A stretch of DNA of 64,000 bases from Methanobrevibacter sp. (lineage in GTDB: Archaea > Methanobacteriota > Methanobacteria > Methanobacteriales > Methanobacteriaceae): assembly GCA_017434525.1 (NCBI GenBank), contig JAFRFD010000060.1, positions 2,287 to 66,286 of the forward strand, given 5' to 3'. Each line of letters opens with the position of its first letter. Positions within the stretch are counted from its first letter, which is position 1. The notes under the pieces are model-generated. The model saw nothing but the letters and a program-made list of their open reading frames with translations, did no database searches and was not told where the DNA came from. Of the stretch, positions 1-9,891 are shown in pieces. The position numbers were made by a program, and so were the translations under genes.

Positions 1-2
1 TT

Positions 3-1073
3 AACCAGATAGATGCTCTTATCAGGGATAGAAAACTATATCGCAAAGACGAATCAAAGATCACTTTCCAGGACATTCAGGATTGTCTTGTGCTTGTAAC
101 AAATAGTTTTTCAAATGTTACAAGCTATGAGAACCAAACCAAAAAGGCTATAACTAACAAATTCGTTGCATCTGCAATGACTGATTTTCTTAAAAAGAAG
201 CTTGAAGTTTATTTCATAGAAAATCGTTATGATGCCGATGCTATTGCAAATCAGGTTCTTATCAATAAACGAAGCCGGGAAAATGCTGAAAAAACCAGGC
301 TAAACATTAAAAATACATTACAGACTAAATCCGATATCACAAATAGAATCGCAAAATTTGTCGATTGCAGAAGCAAAGATGTTAGTGAGAGAGAGATCTA
401 TATAGTCGAGGGAGATTCAGCTTTAGGCGCATGTAAACAGGGACGTGATGCTCAGTTTCAGGCTATTATTCCTGTAAGAGGAAAGATATTGAATTGCCTA
501 AAGGCTAGTTACGACAAGATTTTCAAGAGCGAAATAATCACTGATCTGATTAAAGTGCTTGGATGTGGGGTAGAAGTCAGCACTAAATCTAACAAGGATT
601 TTTCGAATTATTCTTTTGATAATCTTAGATGGAGTAAAGTAATTATTTGCACTGATGCTGATGTTGATGGCTTTCAGATTCGCACACTCATTCTGACTAT
701 GATTTACAGGTTAATGCCGTCGCTTATAAAAGAAGGTGTAGTTTATATTGCCGAGTCACCTCTCTATGAAATAACAACAAAAAACAAGACATATTTTGCA
801 TATGATGAAAGTGAAAAGAATACTATTCTACAGGATATAGGCAAGGAAAAGTATTCACTTCAACGTTCAAAAGGTCTTGGAGAGAATGAAGCTGATATGA
901 TGTGGATGACCACAATGAATCCAGCTACAAGACGTTTGATCAAAGTGACTCCTTCTGATGTGGAAGAAACTGCCAGAGTATTCGATCTGCTTCTTGGTGA
1001 TGATCTGCAGGGAAGAAAAGATTACATATCAATGCATGGATCTGAATATATCGATGAACTTGATGTAAGTTGA
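3..1073 (+). CDS. parE: Type IIA topoisomerase subunit B (ParE/GyrB-like), 5'-truncated by the window edge
   Basis: Frame is open from position 3. TOPRIM motifs EGDSA, PVRGK and DADVDG, plus RSKGLGE. ParE vs GyrB is inferred from the partner gene lacking a GyrA-box. Confidence 0.8.
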   Translation, partial: NQIDALIRDRKLYRKDESKITFQDIQDCLVLVTNSFSNVTSYENQTKKAITNKFVASAMTDFLKKKLEVYFIENRYDADAIANQVLINKRSRENAEKTRLNIKNTLQTKSDITNRIAKFVDCRSKDVSEREIYIVEGDSALGACKQGRDAQFQAIIPVRGKILNCLKASYDKIFKSEIITDLIKVLGCGVEVSTKSNKDFSNYSFDNLRWSKVIICTDADVDGFQIRTLILTMIYRLMPSLIKEGVVYIAESPLYEITTKNKTYFAYDESEKNTILQDIGKEKYSLQRSKGLGENEADMMWMTTMNPATRRLIKVTPSDVEETARVFDLLLGDDLQGRKDYISMHGSEYIDELDVS

Positions 1074-1089
1074 GAGGATAAAAATTTCA

Positions 1090-3333
1090 ATGCCGCGAAA
1101 AAAAGCTGAAGTAGTTAAAACCGAAGAAACCAATGATAACGTTTATATAGCAGGCGCAGGACTTACACGTGAGGATGAGATAACAGAAACATTGCGCACG
1201 AATTTTATGCCATACGCAATGAGTGTTATCGTTTCTCGTGCTATTCCTGAAATAGATGGTTTCAAGCCTTCTCACAGAAAGCTTCTGTATACAATGTATC
1301 AGATGGGGTTACTGACTGGTGCCAGGACAAAATCCGCCAATGTTGTTGGACAGACTATGAAACTAAATCCTCATGGTGATGGTCCTATTTATGAAACTAT
1401 GGTGAGATTGTCTAAAGGCAACGAGACCTTACTGCATCCTTTCGTTGATAGCAAAGGTAACTTCGGCAAAGCTTATAGCAGGGATATGGCTTATGCTGCT
1501 TCAAGATATACAGAAGTCAAATTAGCCAAGATTGCAGAAGAAATATTTAAAGATATTAATAAAGACACTGTAAATTTTGTCCCTAACTATGACAATACTT
1601 TAACAGAACCCTCTTTGCTGCCGACTACATTTCCCAATATTCTTGTTAATCCTAATCTTGGAATAGCAGTAGGCATGGCAAGCCAGATATGCTCTTTTAA
1701 TTTGGCGGAAGTATGTGAAACTGTGGTTGCAATGCTTAAAAACCCGGATCACGATATTTCCACTACTTTACGAGGACCAGATTTTTCTGGAGGAGGTGTT
1801 CTACTTAAAGATCCGGATACATTGCGCGAAATTTATGAAACCGGAAGAGGAAGCCTTAGAATTAGATCTAAATATACTTATTTCAAACAAGGCAACAGAA
1901 TTGAGATTACTGAAATTCCTCCATCAACATCTGTAGAGGTTATTCAGGAAAAGATCATCGATTTAATAAAAGCCGGGAAAATTAAAGAAGTTTCTGATCT
2001 TCGTGATGAAACAGACAAGAACGGATTAAGATTAGCTATTGACCTTAAAAGAGGCGTCGATCCGGATAATTTCATGAAGAAGTTATTTAAGATCACACCT
2101 TTGGAAGATACTTTCTCATGTAACTTTACTGTTCTGATAAATGGTACACCGATGCTTCTCGGTGCTAAAGCTATTCTAAATGAATGGATACAATTCAGGA
2201 GAACATGTGTATATAGAAGAACACAGTTTGAACTGGACGGGAAGCTCAGCAGATTGCATCTACTGGAAGGTTTAGAAAAAATACTTCTCGACATCGACAA
2301 AGCTATCAAGATCATCAGAAATACAGAAGAGGAAAAAGAAGTTATACCAAATTTGATGATAGGGTTTGGTATTGATGAAGTTCAAGCTAACTATATTGCT
2401 GAGATCAGGCTCAGGCATCTTAATAGGGAGTATATTTTAAGCAGAACCGCTGAGATCGCTCAATTAAGAGAAGATATAAAAGAACTCAAGAGGATTCTAA
2501 GCAATAAAGAGCTTATTGATCGAATCATAATGAAAGAGCAGGCGGAAGTCGCTCAGAAATATGCTCAAAGCAGAAGAACTAAACTTGTCAGTTTCTTTGA
2601 TGAGACCTATAGTTCAGACGAACAGGAAAAAACATCAAATAGTCCTTATACGATTTTTTATACAAAAGAAGGGTACTTTAAAAAGATATCTCCGCAATCA
2701 CTTAGGATGAGCGGTGCACAAAAACTAAAAGAAGACGATATCATTACGGATACTATCGAATGTAACAATGAGACAAATCTTCTTTTCTTTACAAATCTGA
2801 ATAATTGCTATAAGTGCAAGGTAAAAGATTTTGGAGAAGGAAAAGCAAGTGTAATGGGAGACTATGTCCCTGCAGTATTGGATTTCCTTGATGGAGAGCT
2901 TTGTTTAGGCATGATTGCTACACAGGATTTCAAGGGAGAAGGTGTATTCTTCTACGATAATGGAAAGTGTTCCAGGGTGCCTTTGGAGGCATATCAGACA
3001 CTATCAAACAGAAAAAAACTGACTAATGCTACATCGCCTAAAGGAACTTTGGTTTGGTGTACTGGAATTACTGATCATCGGGAGTTTTCTCTTTTTTCCA
3101 CTAATGGGAGAATGCTAATTATTGACAGCTCATTGATCCCGCTGAAAACAACAAAATCCACTCAGGGGGTAACAGTTATCTCATTGAGAAAAGGACAGAC
3201 ACTGAAAGAAGTACACTTTTCTGATGATGTAGTTAAGAAAGAATCTAAATATCGTTACCGTTCAAGAAAGATTCCAGCAACAGGTGCAATTTTTAAGGAT
3301 GCAGATTCTTTGGACGGATTATCAAGAGAATAG
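1090..3333 (+). CDS. parC: Type IIA topoisomerase subunit A (ParC/GyrA-like)
   Basis: DGFKPSHR, NPHGD and catalytic AASRYTE motifs; beta-pinwheel-like C-terminus without a QxRGGKG GyrA-box; SD GAGGA. Confidence 0.75.
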   Translation: MPRKKAEVVKTEETNDNVYIAGAGLTREDEITETLRTNFMPYAMSVIVSRAIPEIDGFKPSHRKLLYTMYQMGLLTGARTKSANVVGQTMKLNPHGDGPIYETMVRLSKGNETLLHPFVDSKGNFGKAYSRDMAYAASRYTEVKLAKIAEEIFKDINKDTVNFVPNYDNTLTEPSLLPTTFPNILVNPNLGIAVGMASQICSFNLAEVCETVVAMLKNPDHDISTTLRGPDFSGGGVLLKDPDTLREIYETGRGSLRIRSKYTYFKQGNRIEITEIPPSTSVEVIQEKIIDLIKAGKIKEVSDLRDETDKNGLRLAIDLKRGVDPDNFMKKLFKITPLEDTFSCNFTVLINGTPMLLGAKAILNEWIQFRRTCVYRRTQFELDGKLSRLHLLEGLEKILLDIDKAIKIIRNTEEEKEVIPNLMIGFGIDEVQANYIAEIRLRHLNREYILSRTAEIAQLREDIKELKRILSNKELIDRIIMKEQAEVAQKYAQSRRTKLVSFFDETYSSDEQEKTSNSPYTIFYTKEGYFKKISPQSLRMSGAQKLKEDDIITDTIECNNETNLLFFTNLNNCYKCKVKDFGEGKASVMGDYVPAVLDFLDGELCLGMIATQDFKGEGVFFYDNGKCSRVPLEAYQTLSNRKKLTNATSPKGTLVWCTGITDHREFSLFSTNGRMLIIDSSLIPLKTTKSTQGVTVISLRKGQTLKEVHFSDDVVKKESKYRYRSRKIPATGAIFKDADSLDGLSRE

Positions 3334-3395
3334 ATTTGCTTTTATGAATTACCTGTGATATTATTCAAATGTTCATTTTTTGGAGGAATTATAGC

Positions 3396-3644
3396 ATGTC
3401 TGTTTTAGAGATTATCGGTGGTGTATTTCTCATTGCTGCCGGATTAGCAATTATTTTCTTTGTCAGTCTTCAGACTGAAAAGTCAGATGGATTATCTGGT
3501 GTAATTATGGGAAATGACAGCACAGTTTTTAAAGGAAAAGCACGTTCTAATGAAGAAAAATTAGCTACAGTTACAAAATATTGTGCTATAGTCTTTTTCG
3601 TTTTGGGTTTGCTTCTTAATGTCTTTGTCCTGTTGGCAAAATAA
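3396..3644 (+). CDS. secG: Preprotein translocase subunit SecG
   Basis: Two TM helices flanking LQ..KSDGLSG; GGAGG SD before the ATG at 3396. Confidence 0.9.
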   Translation: MSVLEIIGGVFLIAAGLAIIFFVSLQTEKSDGLSGVIMGNDSTVFKGKARSNEEKLATVTKYCAIVFFVLGLLLNVFVLLAK

Positions 3645-3658
3645 TAACGATGAAAAAC

Positions 3659-3689
3659 AAAACGGAAGTGAATTGATCACTTCCGTTTT
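3659..3689. terminator. Bidirectional intrinsic terminator between secG and rnpB
   Basis: Inverted repeat AAAACGGAAGTGA-N5-TCACTTCCGTTTT. Confidence 0.85.
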
Positions 3690-3692
3690 CTT

Positions 3693-4018
3693 GTGACTAG
3701 GTTTATAAGCCGAGTTCTGTAACTGATGGTAATCTATCTCGACCTAGAGTTGCCTCTAGGCTCTAGCCAATCCTCGGAACTGGTCGGGTCAACCATAGTT
3801 CCTGTCGTTGTTGCTCCGGATAGGGTTTACATGGCCAGTATGTCTCCATACTGCCGGTGAGCTCTTACCTCGCCGTTCCATCCTTACCTGAATATCAGGC
3901 GGTATATTTCTGTTGCACTTTCCCTGAAGTCGCCTTCGGCTGCCGTTAGCAGTTATCCTGCCCTGTGGAGCTCGGACTTTCCTCACATAATAAATGCGCT
4001 ACCATCCAACCTACTCAC
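3693..4018 (-). ncRNA. rnpB: RNase P RNA, bacterial type A
   Basis: The minus strand carries GAGGAAAGTCC, AGTGCAACAG, GTAAACCC and ACAGAACTCGGCTTA; the ends form P1 (GTGAGTAGGTT / AACCTAGTCAC). Confidence 0.97.
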
Positions 4019-4024
4019 TGCGTG

Positions 4025-4054
4025 AGTATAACATCTGCAATATTGAATTGTAAA
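4025..4054 (-). promoter_or_regulatory. Sigma-A promoter of rnpB
   Basis: Minus-strand TTTACA, spacer, then extended -10 TG-n-TATACT immediately upstream of the RNA 5' end. Confidence 0.65.
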
Positions 4055-4081
4055 TGTTTTAATCTATTTCGGAGAATTATT

Positions 4082-5926
4082 TTGGATCAGAGTTTGTTTG
4101 AAAAAGTTTTGAATCGTGTACAAAAACCTGCCAGATATATTGGCGGGGAGTTAGGATGCGTTTATAAGAATAAGAATGATATAAAACTTAGATTTGCGTT
4201 TTGTTTCCCTGATTCTTACGAAGTCGGGATGTCGTGTCAGGCAATTCAGATACTATATCATACTTTAAATTCAAGTGATGATATATGGTGTGAACGAGCT
4301 TTTATGCCATGGTTCGATATGCTTGAAGAGATGAGGAATAATGATCTTAAATTATTTGCCCTGGAAAGCAAAGATCCGCTTAAAGAATTTGATGTTCTTG
4401 GATTTACAATGCAATACGAGCTTTCCTATACAAATATTCTAGCAATGATCGATCTTTCAGGTATCCCTTTATTATCAATTGAGAGATCAGAAGAAGATCC
4501 TATTATTATTTGTGGTGGTCCATGTTGCTGCAATCCCGAACCTATGGCAGATTTTGTTGATGCTTTTTTGTTGGGAGATGGCGAACGGCTGGATAATGAA
4601 GTTTGTGAAAAAATAATACAGTGTAAAGCGGAAGGACTTAACAAGGCGGAGACATTACTACGTTGTTCTGAAATAGAAGGAGTATATGTCCCATCTTTAT
4701 ATAGTGTTAGATATAAAGAAGACGGTACGATTGAAGAATATATCCCGAGTCTCGGAGCGCCAAAAACTATAAAGAAACGGGTCGAGTTGGATGTTGATAA
4801 AGTACCTTATCCTTTAAATCCTATTGTTCCATCTATGCAGGTAATACATGATCGCCCAAGTGTGGAAGTACTTCGAGGATGCATCAGAGGATGCCGTTTC
4901 TGTCAGGCAGGGTTTATTTATCGTCCTTTCAGATGGAAGCACGCAGATACCTTATGTAAACAATCTAAGGCCCTAATAGAAAACACTGGTTATGATGAAC
5001 TGTCTTTGCTTTCTTTATCAACAAGTGATCATCCGGAGTTAGAACCTTTAATTGATGGCTTGCTGACATGGACAGTTGATAATAAAGTAAACTTATCACT
5101 TCCTTCTATGCGTGTAGATGCTTTCACCCCGGAACTTGCTGAAAAGATAAGAAAAGTTAGAGAAAGCGGATTGACTTTTGCTGCTGAAGCCGGAACTCAG
5201 CGGCTTAGAAATGTAATTAATAAAAATATAACTGAAGAGAATATTTTATCAGGATGCAGGGAAGCTTTCGAATCAGGATATACATCTGTAAAACTATATT
5301 TTATGATGGGACTTCCTACAGAAACTGATGAGGATGTTTTGGCTATTGGCGATCTATGTCAGAAAATAGTTGATCTATTTTATTCTCTGCCAACTAAACC
5401 AAAAGGAAAAAGCGTAAGCGTTAGTGCAAGTGTTTCTTGTTTTATTCCAAAGCCTAAAACACCTTTTGAAGTATGCCCATATAATGGTGTTGAAGAACTT
5501 TTGCGAAAACAGAAAATGCTTAGAGATCATGTTAAATCTAAAAAAATCACTCTGAGTTGGCATGATGCAGAAATTGGAATGATAGAAGCTCTTCTAGCCC
5601 GTGGTGACAGGCGAGTAGGGGAAGTAATAATAAACGCTTATTTGGATGGAGCAGTATTTGATGCCTGGGTAGAAGGTTTTTCATATGATAGATGGATGAA
5701 TGCGTTGAAAAACGCTGGATTGGATATGAGTTTTTACACCTCCAGAACGAGGGATTATTCTGAAATTGAGCCATGGGATATCCTGGATTATGGAGTGAAT
5801 AAAAAGTTCCTAGAAAGAGAATACAAGAAAGCATTACTTGCAGAGACTACTCCAAATTGCAGAGAACAATGTAGTGGATGTGGCATTAACAAGTTTTGTG
5901 GGAGGGAATGTTTTGCAAACATTTAG
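4082..5926 (+). CDS. TIGR03960-like B12-binding radical SAM protein
   Basis: N-terminal VQKPARYIGGE, CxxxCxxC (GCIRGCRFC), C-terminal CxxxCxxCG. TTG start at 4082 after GGAG; the longer ORF-track start overlaps rnpB. Confidence 0.9.
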   Translation: MDQSLFEKVLNRVQKPARYIGGELGCVYKNKNDIKLRFAFCFPDSYEVGMSCQAIQILYHTLNSSDDIWCERAFMPWFDMLEEMRNNDLKLFALESKDPLKEFDVLGFTMQYELSYTNILAMIDLSGIPLLSIERSEEDPIIICGGPCCCNPEPMADFVDAFLLGDGERLDNEVCEKIIQCKAEGLNKAETLLRCSEIEGVYVPSLYSVRYKEDGTIEEYIPSLGAPKTIKKRVELDVDKVPYPLNPIVPSMQVIHDRPSVEVLRGCIRGCRFCQAGFIYRPFRWKHADTLCKQSKALIENTGYDELSLLSLSTSDHPELEPLIDGLLTWTVDNKVNLSLPSMRVDAFTPELAEKIRKVRESGLTFAAEAGTQRLRNVINKNITEENILSGCREAFESGYTSVKLYFMMGLPTETDEDVLAIGDLCQKIVDLFYSLPTKPKGKSVSVSASVSCFIPKPKTPFEVCPYNGVEELLRKQKMLRDHVKSKKITLSWHDAEIGMIEALLARGDRRVGEVIINAYLDGAVFDAWVEGFSYDRWMNALKNAGLDMSFYTSRTRDYSEIEPWDILDYGVNKKFLEREYKKALLAETTPNCREQCSGCGINKFCGRECFANI

Positions 5927-6572
5927 AATGATATTCAGAAAAAAAGGTGATTCAAAATATCTTTCTCATCTGGATCTCATGAGATGTTTTACTCGTGCGG
6001 TTAAACGCACGGGATTTAAAGCGTGGTATACAGAAGGATATAACCCGCACCTTTACTTAATGTTTCTATCTCCCTTATCTCTTGGTTTTGAAAGTGATTA
6101 TGAAGCTGTTGATATTAGACTTGATGATAATGCTGATACAAAAGAATTCATATCACGAATAAATGAAGCTTTACCTATGGGTGTAGAAGTTGTTACTATA
6201 TCGCAGTCAGTATGTAATTATAAGGATCTGGGATATTCTTCATGGGAAATATTGATCAGGAATAAGGAGCATTTTATTAATAAAGAAAAGATTTTTGAAT
6301 TTTTAGATCAAGATAAGATTTTAGTTATAAAAAAAAGCAAAAAAGGTTTAGAAAGACAAGAGGATATAAAGCAGTATATTAAACGACTTACTGTAGTCGA
6401 AGATGAAGATGATTTAACTATTTATGCTGATTTTGTAACTAATCTTTCAGTTTCTTTGAATCCACAGCTATTCTTGGACAGTTTTTGGAAATATGCTTCA
6501 ATTGTTGATATTCCGGATGTCAGAATCACACGTAAAATGCTGTTGGACATTCATGGAAATAAAATGGAATAA
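5913..6572 (+). CDS. TIGR03936-like radical SAM-associated protein (DUF2344)
   Basis: YLSHLDLMR..F.RA and YTEGYNPH motifs; overlaps the upstream radical SAM gene; TTG start after GGAGG. Confidence 0.85.
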   Translation: MQTFRMIFRKKGDSKYLSHLDLMRCFTRAVKRTGFKAWYTEGYNPHLYLMFLSPLSLGFESDYEAVDIRLDDNADTKEFISRINEALPMGVEVVTISQSVCNYKDLGYSSWEILIRNKEHFINKEKIFEFLDQDKILVIKKSKKGLERQEDIKQYIKRLTVVEDEDDLTIYADFVTNLSVSLNPQLFLDSFWKYASIVDIPDVRITRKMLLDIHGNKME

Positions 6573-6666
6573 AATACTTGCTTATTGTGTTTTCTTGTGC
6601 TAAAATCTCCTAGTGTGCATAAATCTCCGTTGCCCAACGGGAATGATGTTGCAGATAACATTAAGC

Positions 6667-6706
6667 TGACAGTCCTCTGTATGTGATAAATCATGCATGA
6701 ATGTCT
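6667..6706 (+). promoter_or_regulatory. Ribosomal protein L19 leader (autoregulatory RNA)
   Basis: GACAGTCCTCTG...ATGAATGTC hairpin just before the rplS SD; resembles the clostridial L19_leader. Confidence 0.7.
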
Positions 6707-6724
6707 GAATATGGGAGGAATAAT

Positions 6725-7066
6725 ATGGACGCAATTAAACTGATGACTCAGAGTTCTTTGAAAGCTGAAAAACCAGTTTTTGAGATTGGTGATACAGTTA
6801 GAGTTCATGTAAGAATCATTGAAGGTTCAAAGAGCAGAGTTCAGATTTTTGAAGGTATCGTAATAGCTATGAAACATGGCGGAGTTAACGAGACTTTCAC
6901 TGTACGTAGGACATCCTATGGCGTCGGCGTAGAAAGAGTATTTCCTGTCAACAGCCCAATCGTAGAAAAGGTTGATGTTGTCAGACATGGTCAAGTAAGA
7001 CGTGCTAAGCTCTATTATTTGCGCGACCGTGTTGGTAAAGCCGCTAAACTTAAAGAAAGAATTTAA
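6725..7066 (+). CDS. rplS: 50S ribosomal protein L19
   Basis: [23 protein letters not shown] and RRAKLYYLR motifs; GGAGG SD. Confidence 0.98.
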   Translation: MDAIKLMTQSSLKAEKPVFEIGDTVRVHVRIIEGSKSRVQIFEGIVIAMKHGGVNETFTVRRTSYGVGVERVFPVNSPIVEKVDVVRHGQVRRAKLYYLRDRVGKAAKLKERI

Positions 7067-7082
7067 AAGCTTTATTTGTCCT

Positions 7083-7112
7083 AAAAGGAGCACTTGCGTG
7101 TTCCTTTTTTTC
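7083..7112 (+). terminator. Intrinsic terminator after rplS
   Basis: AAAAGGAGCAC-ttgc-GTGTTCCTTTT followed by a T-tract. Confidence 0.75.
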
Positions 7113-7130
7113 TTTCTACAATAAGTAAAA

Positions 7131-7649
7131 ATGAAGTTCTTTGCTGTAAAAAACAATAATACAACACATTCTGTACATACTTTATTTGAATGGATTGATT
7201 CACTGGTATGCGCAGCAGTTTTATGTATTTTCTTTTTTACATTTTGCTGCAAAACAATGAAAGTTGTTGGTTCATCTATGTATCCTACATATAAAGATGG
7301 ACAGAGAATAATTGCTGTTACTCCTATAACCAGTATTTCTTCTGGTGATGTAGTAGTTACTGATGATAATAACGGGACCGGAGATCCCCTTATTAAAAGA
7401 GTTATTGCAGTATCAGGAGATAATCTATATATAGACGACGAAGGTGTAATTTATATAAACGGTAAGATATTTGAAGATTATGTAAATCTGCCTCAATATA
7501 CAATATATGGTGATACCATATATCCTATTACTGTTCCGGAAGGTATGGTCTTTCTGATGGGTGATAACAGAGAAGTATCATATGACAGCCGATACATAAA
7601 AGTAGGGTGTATACCATTAATCAATATTATTGGAAAGGTGATCTCTTAA
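7131..7649 (+). CDS. lepB: Signal peptidase I
   Basis: GSSMYPT (catalytic Ser), IKRVI (catalytic Lys), MGDNR..S.DSR; one N-terminal TM. Start codon uncertain. Confidence 0.92.
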   Translation: MKFFAVKNNNTTHSVHTLFEWIDSLVCAAVLCIFFFTFCCKTMKVVGSSMYPTYKDGQRIIAVTPITSISSGDVVVTDDNNGTGDPLIKRVIAVSGDNLYIDDEGVIYINGKIFEDYVNLPQYTIYGDTIYPITVPEGMVFLMGDNREVSYDSRYIKVGCIPLINIIGKVIS

Positions 7650-8491
7650 TGGCAGATAATAATACACAGATCCAATGGTTCCCTGGTCATATGACGAAAA
7701 CTCTTCGCCAAATGGAGAAGGGTATATACAGCGTTGATATTATTGTTGAGATATTGGATTCAAGGATACCTTTCTCCAGTCAAAACCCTGTTTTACGAAG
7801 AATCGGAAAGCATAAAAATCGTATTTACATTCTCACTAAAGAAGACTTATCTGATGAAACTATCACTAGACAGTGGATTAATTATTTTAGTGATATTAAT
7901 GCAGATGCAATTTCGATAAATACAAAAACAAATAAAACAAAAGAAAAGCTTGAAAAGTTTTTAGAGGATTATTTTGATTCTGGTAAAGCTAGAATCAAAT
8001 TTGGTAAGCCTAGGATGATGTTTGTTGGTGTACCAAATGTAGGAAAATCTTCTGTAATCAATATCCTATTGGGTAAAAATATCGCACGTGTTGAAGATAG
8101 ACCAGGCGTCACTCGAGGAAAGCAATGGTATACAACGGATGACTATGAATTGTTAGATATGCCCGGTGTATTATGGCCTAAATTTGATTCGGATACAGTT
8201 GGTTATAACCTTGCCTTTACAGGCGCTATTCGAGATGAAGTTTTTGATACAGAAGCTGTGGCATCTTCTTTACTGCTGGAAATATCAGAAATATATCCTG
8301 AGAATCTACTTGAAAGATCCGGAATTACAGCAAAACAGGATATGACAGGGTATGACCTATTGGTTGAATACGCCAAGAACAGAAATTTTCTTGTTAAGGG
8401 CGGTGAGTATGACACTGAGAGAGCAGCTAAAGCTGTGCTCTATGATCTGAGGAACGGCAAATTCGGTCGTATAACTCTTGAAGAACCATGA
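7649..8491 (+). CDS. rbgA: Ribosome biogenesis GTPase RbgA/YlqF
   Basis: IQWFPGHM, TKED, GVPNVGKS and DMPG motifs; circularly permuted GTPase. Confidence 0.95.
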   Translation: MADNNTQIQWFPGHMTKTLRQMEKGIYSVDIIVEILDSRIPFSSQNPVLRRIGKHKNRIYILTKEDLSDETITRQWINYFSDINADAISINTKTNKTKEKLEKFLEDYFDSGKARIKFGKPRMMFVGVPNVGKSSVINILLGKNIARVEDRPGVTRGKQWYTTDDYELLDMPGVLWPKFDSDTVGYNLAFTGAIRDEVFDTEAVASSLLLEISEIYPENLLERSGITAKQDMTGYDLLVEYAKNRNFLVKGGEYDTERAAKAVLYDLRNGKFGRITLEEP

Positions 8492-9099
8492 TATTTGAAG
8501 AACTCTACACATTTGATGATTCTCAGAGAGACCTTTATGGTATTATCTGCGGAGTAGATGAAGCCGGCCGGGGCCCTTTAGTTGGTCCGGTCGCTGTTTC
8601 TGCTGTAATCCTTGATCCTAATTCCAGATTTGAGTGGCTCAATGACTCTAAAAAAGTGACTGAAAACAGAAGAGATCATTTATATCATGAGATAATTGAA
8701 AATGCTGTAGCTTATCATATTGAACTGATCGATAATCATATTATTGATGACTTAAACATATTAGGTGCAACTATGCTTGGGATGAAAAGATGCATAGAGG
8801 CGCTTAAGGAATACGATATTGATTGTGCTCTAGTTGATGGAAACAGGAAACCTGATACTCTGGTAAAAGCAATTTCTATCATTAAAGGAGATTCTTTGTC
8901 TGCCTCTATTGCTGCTGCTTCCGTTTTAGCAAAGGTTACACGTGATAATTACATGATTAATTTAGCTAAGGAATATTCTGAATATCACTTTGAAAAACAT
9001 AAAGGATACCCTACTAAGGAACATTATGAAGCCATAAAGAGATATGGGATAACTCCTTATCATCGCCTTTCTTTTTTAAAAAACTTGGAGAAACACTAA
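8488..9099 (+). CDS. rnhB: Ribonuclease HII
   Basis: GVDEAGRGP, NDSKK, AAASVLAKV and HKGYPT motifs. Confidence 0.96.
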   Translation: MIFEELYTFDDSQRDLYGIICGVDEAGRGPLVGPVAVSAVILDPNSRFEWLNDSKKVTENRRDHLYHEIIENAVAYHIELIDNHIIDDLNILGATMLGMKRCIEALKEYDIDCALVDGNRKPDTLVKAISIIKGDSLSASIAAASVLAKVTRDNYMINLAKEYSEYHFEKHKGYPTKEHYEAIKRYGITPYHRLSFLKNLEKH

Positions 9100-9794
9100 T
9101 GTCTATATATACCATTGCGGACCTGCATTTGTCGTTCGGGACTGAAAAGCCTATGGACGTTTTTCAGGGATGGGACGATTATTTATATAGACTGGAAAAA
9201 AACTGGCATAATCTAATAAGTGATGATGATACTGTAATTATTCCTGGGGATATAAGCTGGGGAATTGATCTGGAACAGGCCACACCAGATTTACTTTATA
9301 TAAATAGTCTGCCTGGGAATAAAATACTTATTAAGGGAAATCATGATTACTGGTGGCCAACAAAAAATAAAAGCAATAGATTTTTTATAGAAAATAATAT
9401 CTGTTCTATACAAATGCTGTATCATGACTCAATATTGATTGGAAAGACAGCTATATGCGGTACAAGAAGCTGGTTTTATGAAGAAGGGGATGAAGGCAGC
9501 AAAGTATATAGAAGAGAATTGCTTAGGCTAAAGATGTCCCTGGATGAAGCTAAAAAACTTCAACCGGATGAGATAATTGTTTTTTTGCATTACCCGCCTA
9601 TATACGGTGAATACATATATTCTGACTATATTAAGCTAATGAAAAGCTACGAAGTGAAAAGGTGTTTTTATGGGCATCTTCATGGCAGTTCAATATATGC
9701 TGCATTCAACGGTCAGTATGACGGTATTGAATTCAGACTTGTTTCTGCTGATGCTTTGAGATTTTGCCCATTATATGTTCCTGGGTTAAATTAA
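9099..9794 (+). CDS. Calcineurin-like metallophosphoesterase
   Basis: DLH, GDISW, GNHD, HYPP and GHLH motifs. Confidence 0.9.
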   Translation: MSIYTIADLHLSFGTEKPMDVFQGWDDYLYRLEKNWHNLISDDDTVIIPGDISWGIDLEQATPDLLYINSLPGNKILIKGNHDYWWPTKNKSNRFFIENNICSIQMLYHDSILIGKTAICGTRSWFYEEGDEGSKVYRRELLRLKMSLDEAKKLQPDEIIVFLHYPPIYGEYIYSDYIKLMKSYEVKRCFYGHLHGSSIYAAFNGQYDGIEFRLVSADALRFCPLYVPGLN

Positions 9795-9891
9795 TTATCA
9801 GTTTATTACATAGGGTATGAACGTAATAATAGAATTGTAGTTGACATATTGTTGTGATATAATTCAAAAGATTGAATTTTGGAGGATAATT

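Noticed and set aside
3789-4081. ORF 3789..3986 (-) and the first 39 codons of ORF 3965..5926
   Set aside because: They overlap the RNase P RNA; the radical SAM gene has an SD-supported TTG start at 4082.
9841-9863. TTGACA at 9841 as the -35 of tig, or TTG as its start codon
   Set aside because: Only 11 nt from TATAAT; TTGTAG at 9835 gives 17-nt spacing, and the SD supports the ATG at 9892.
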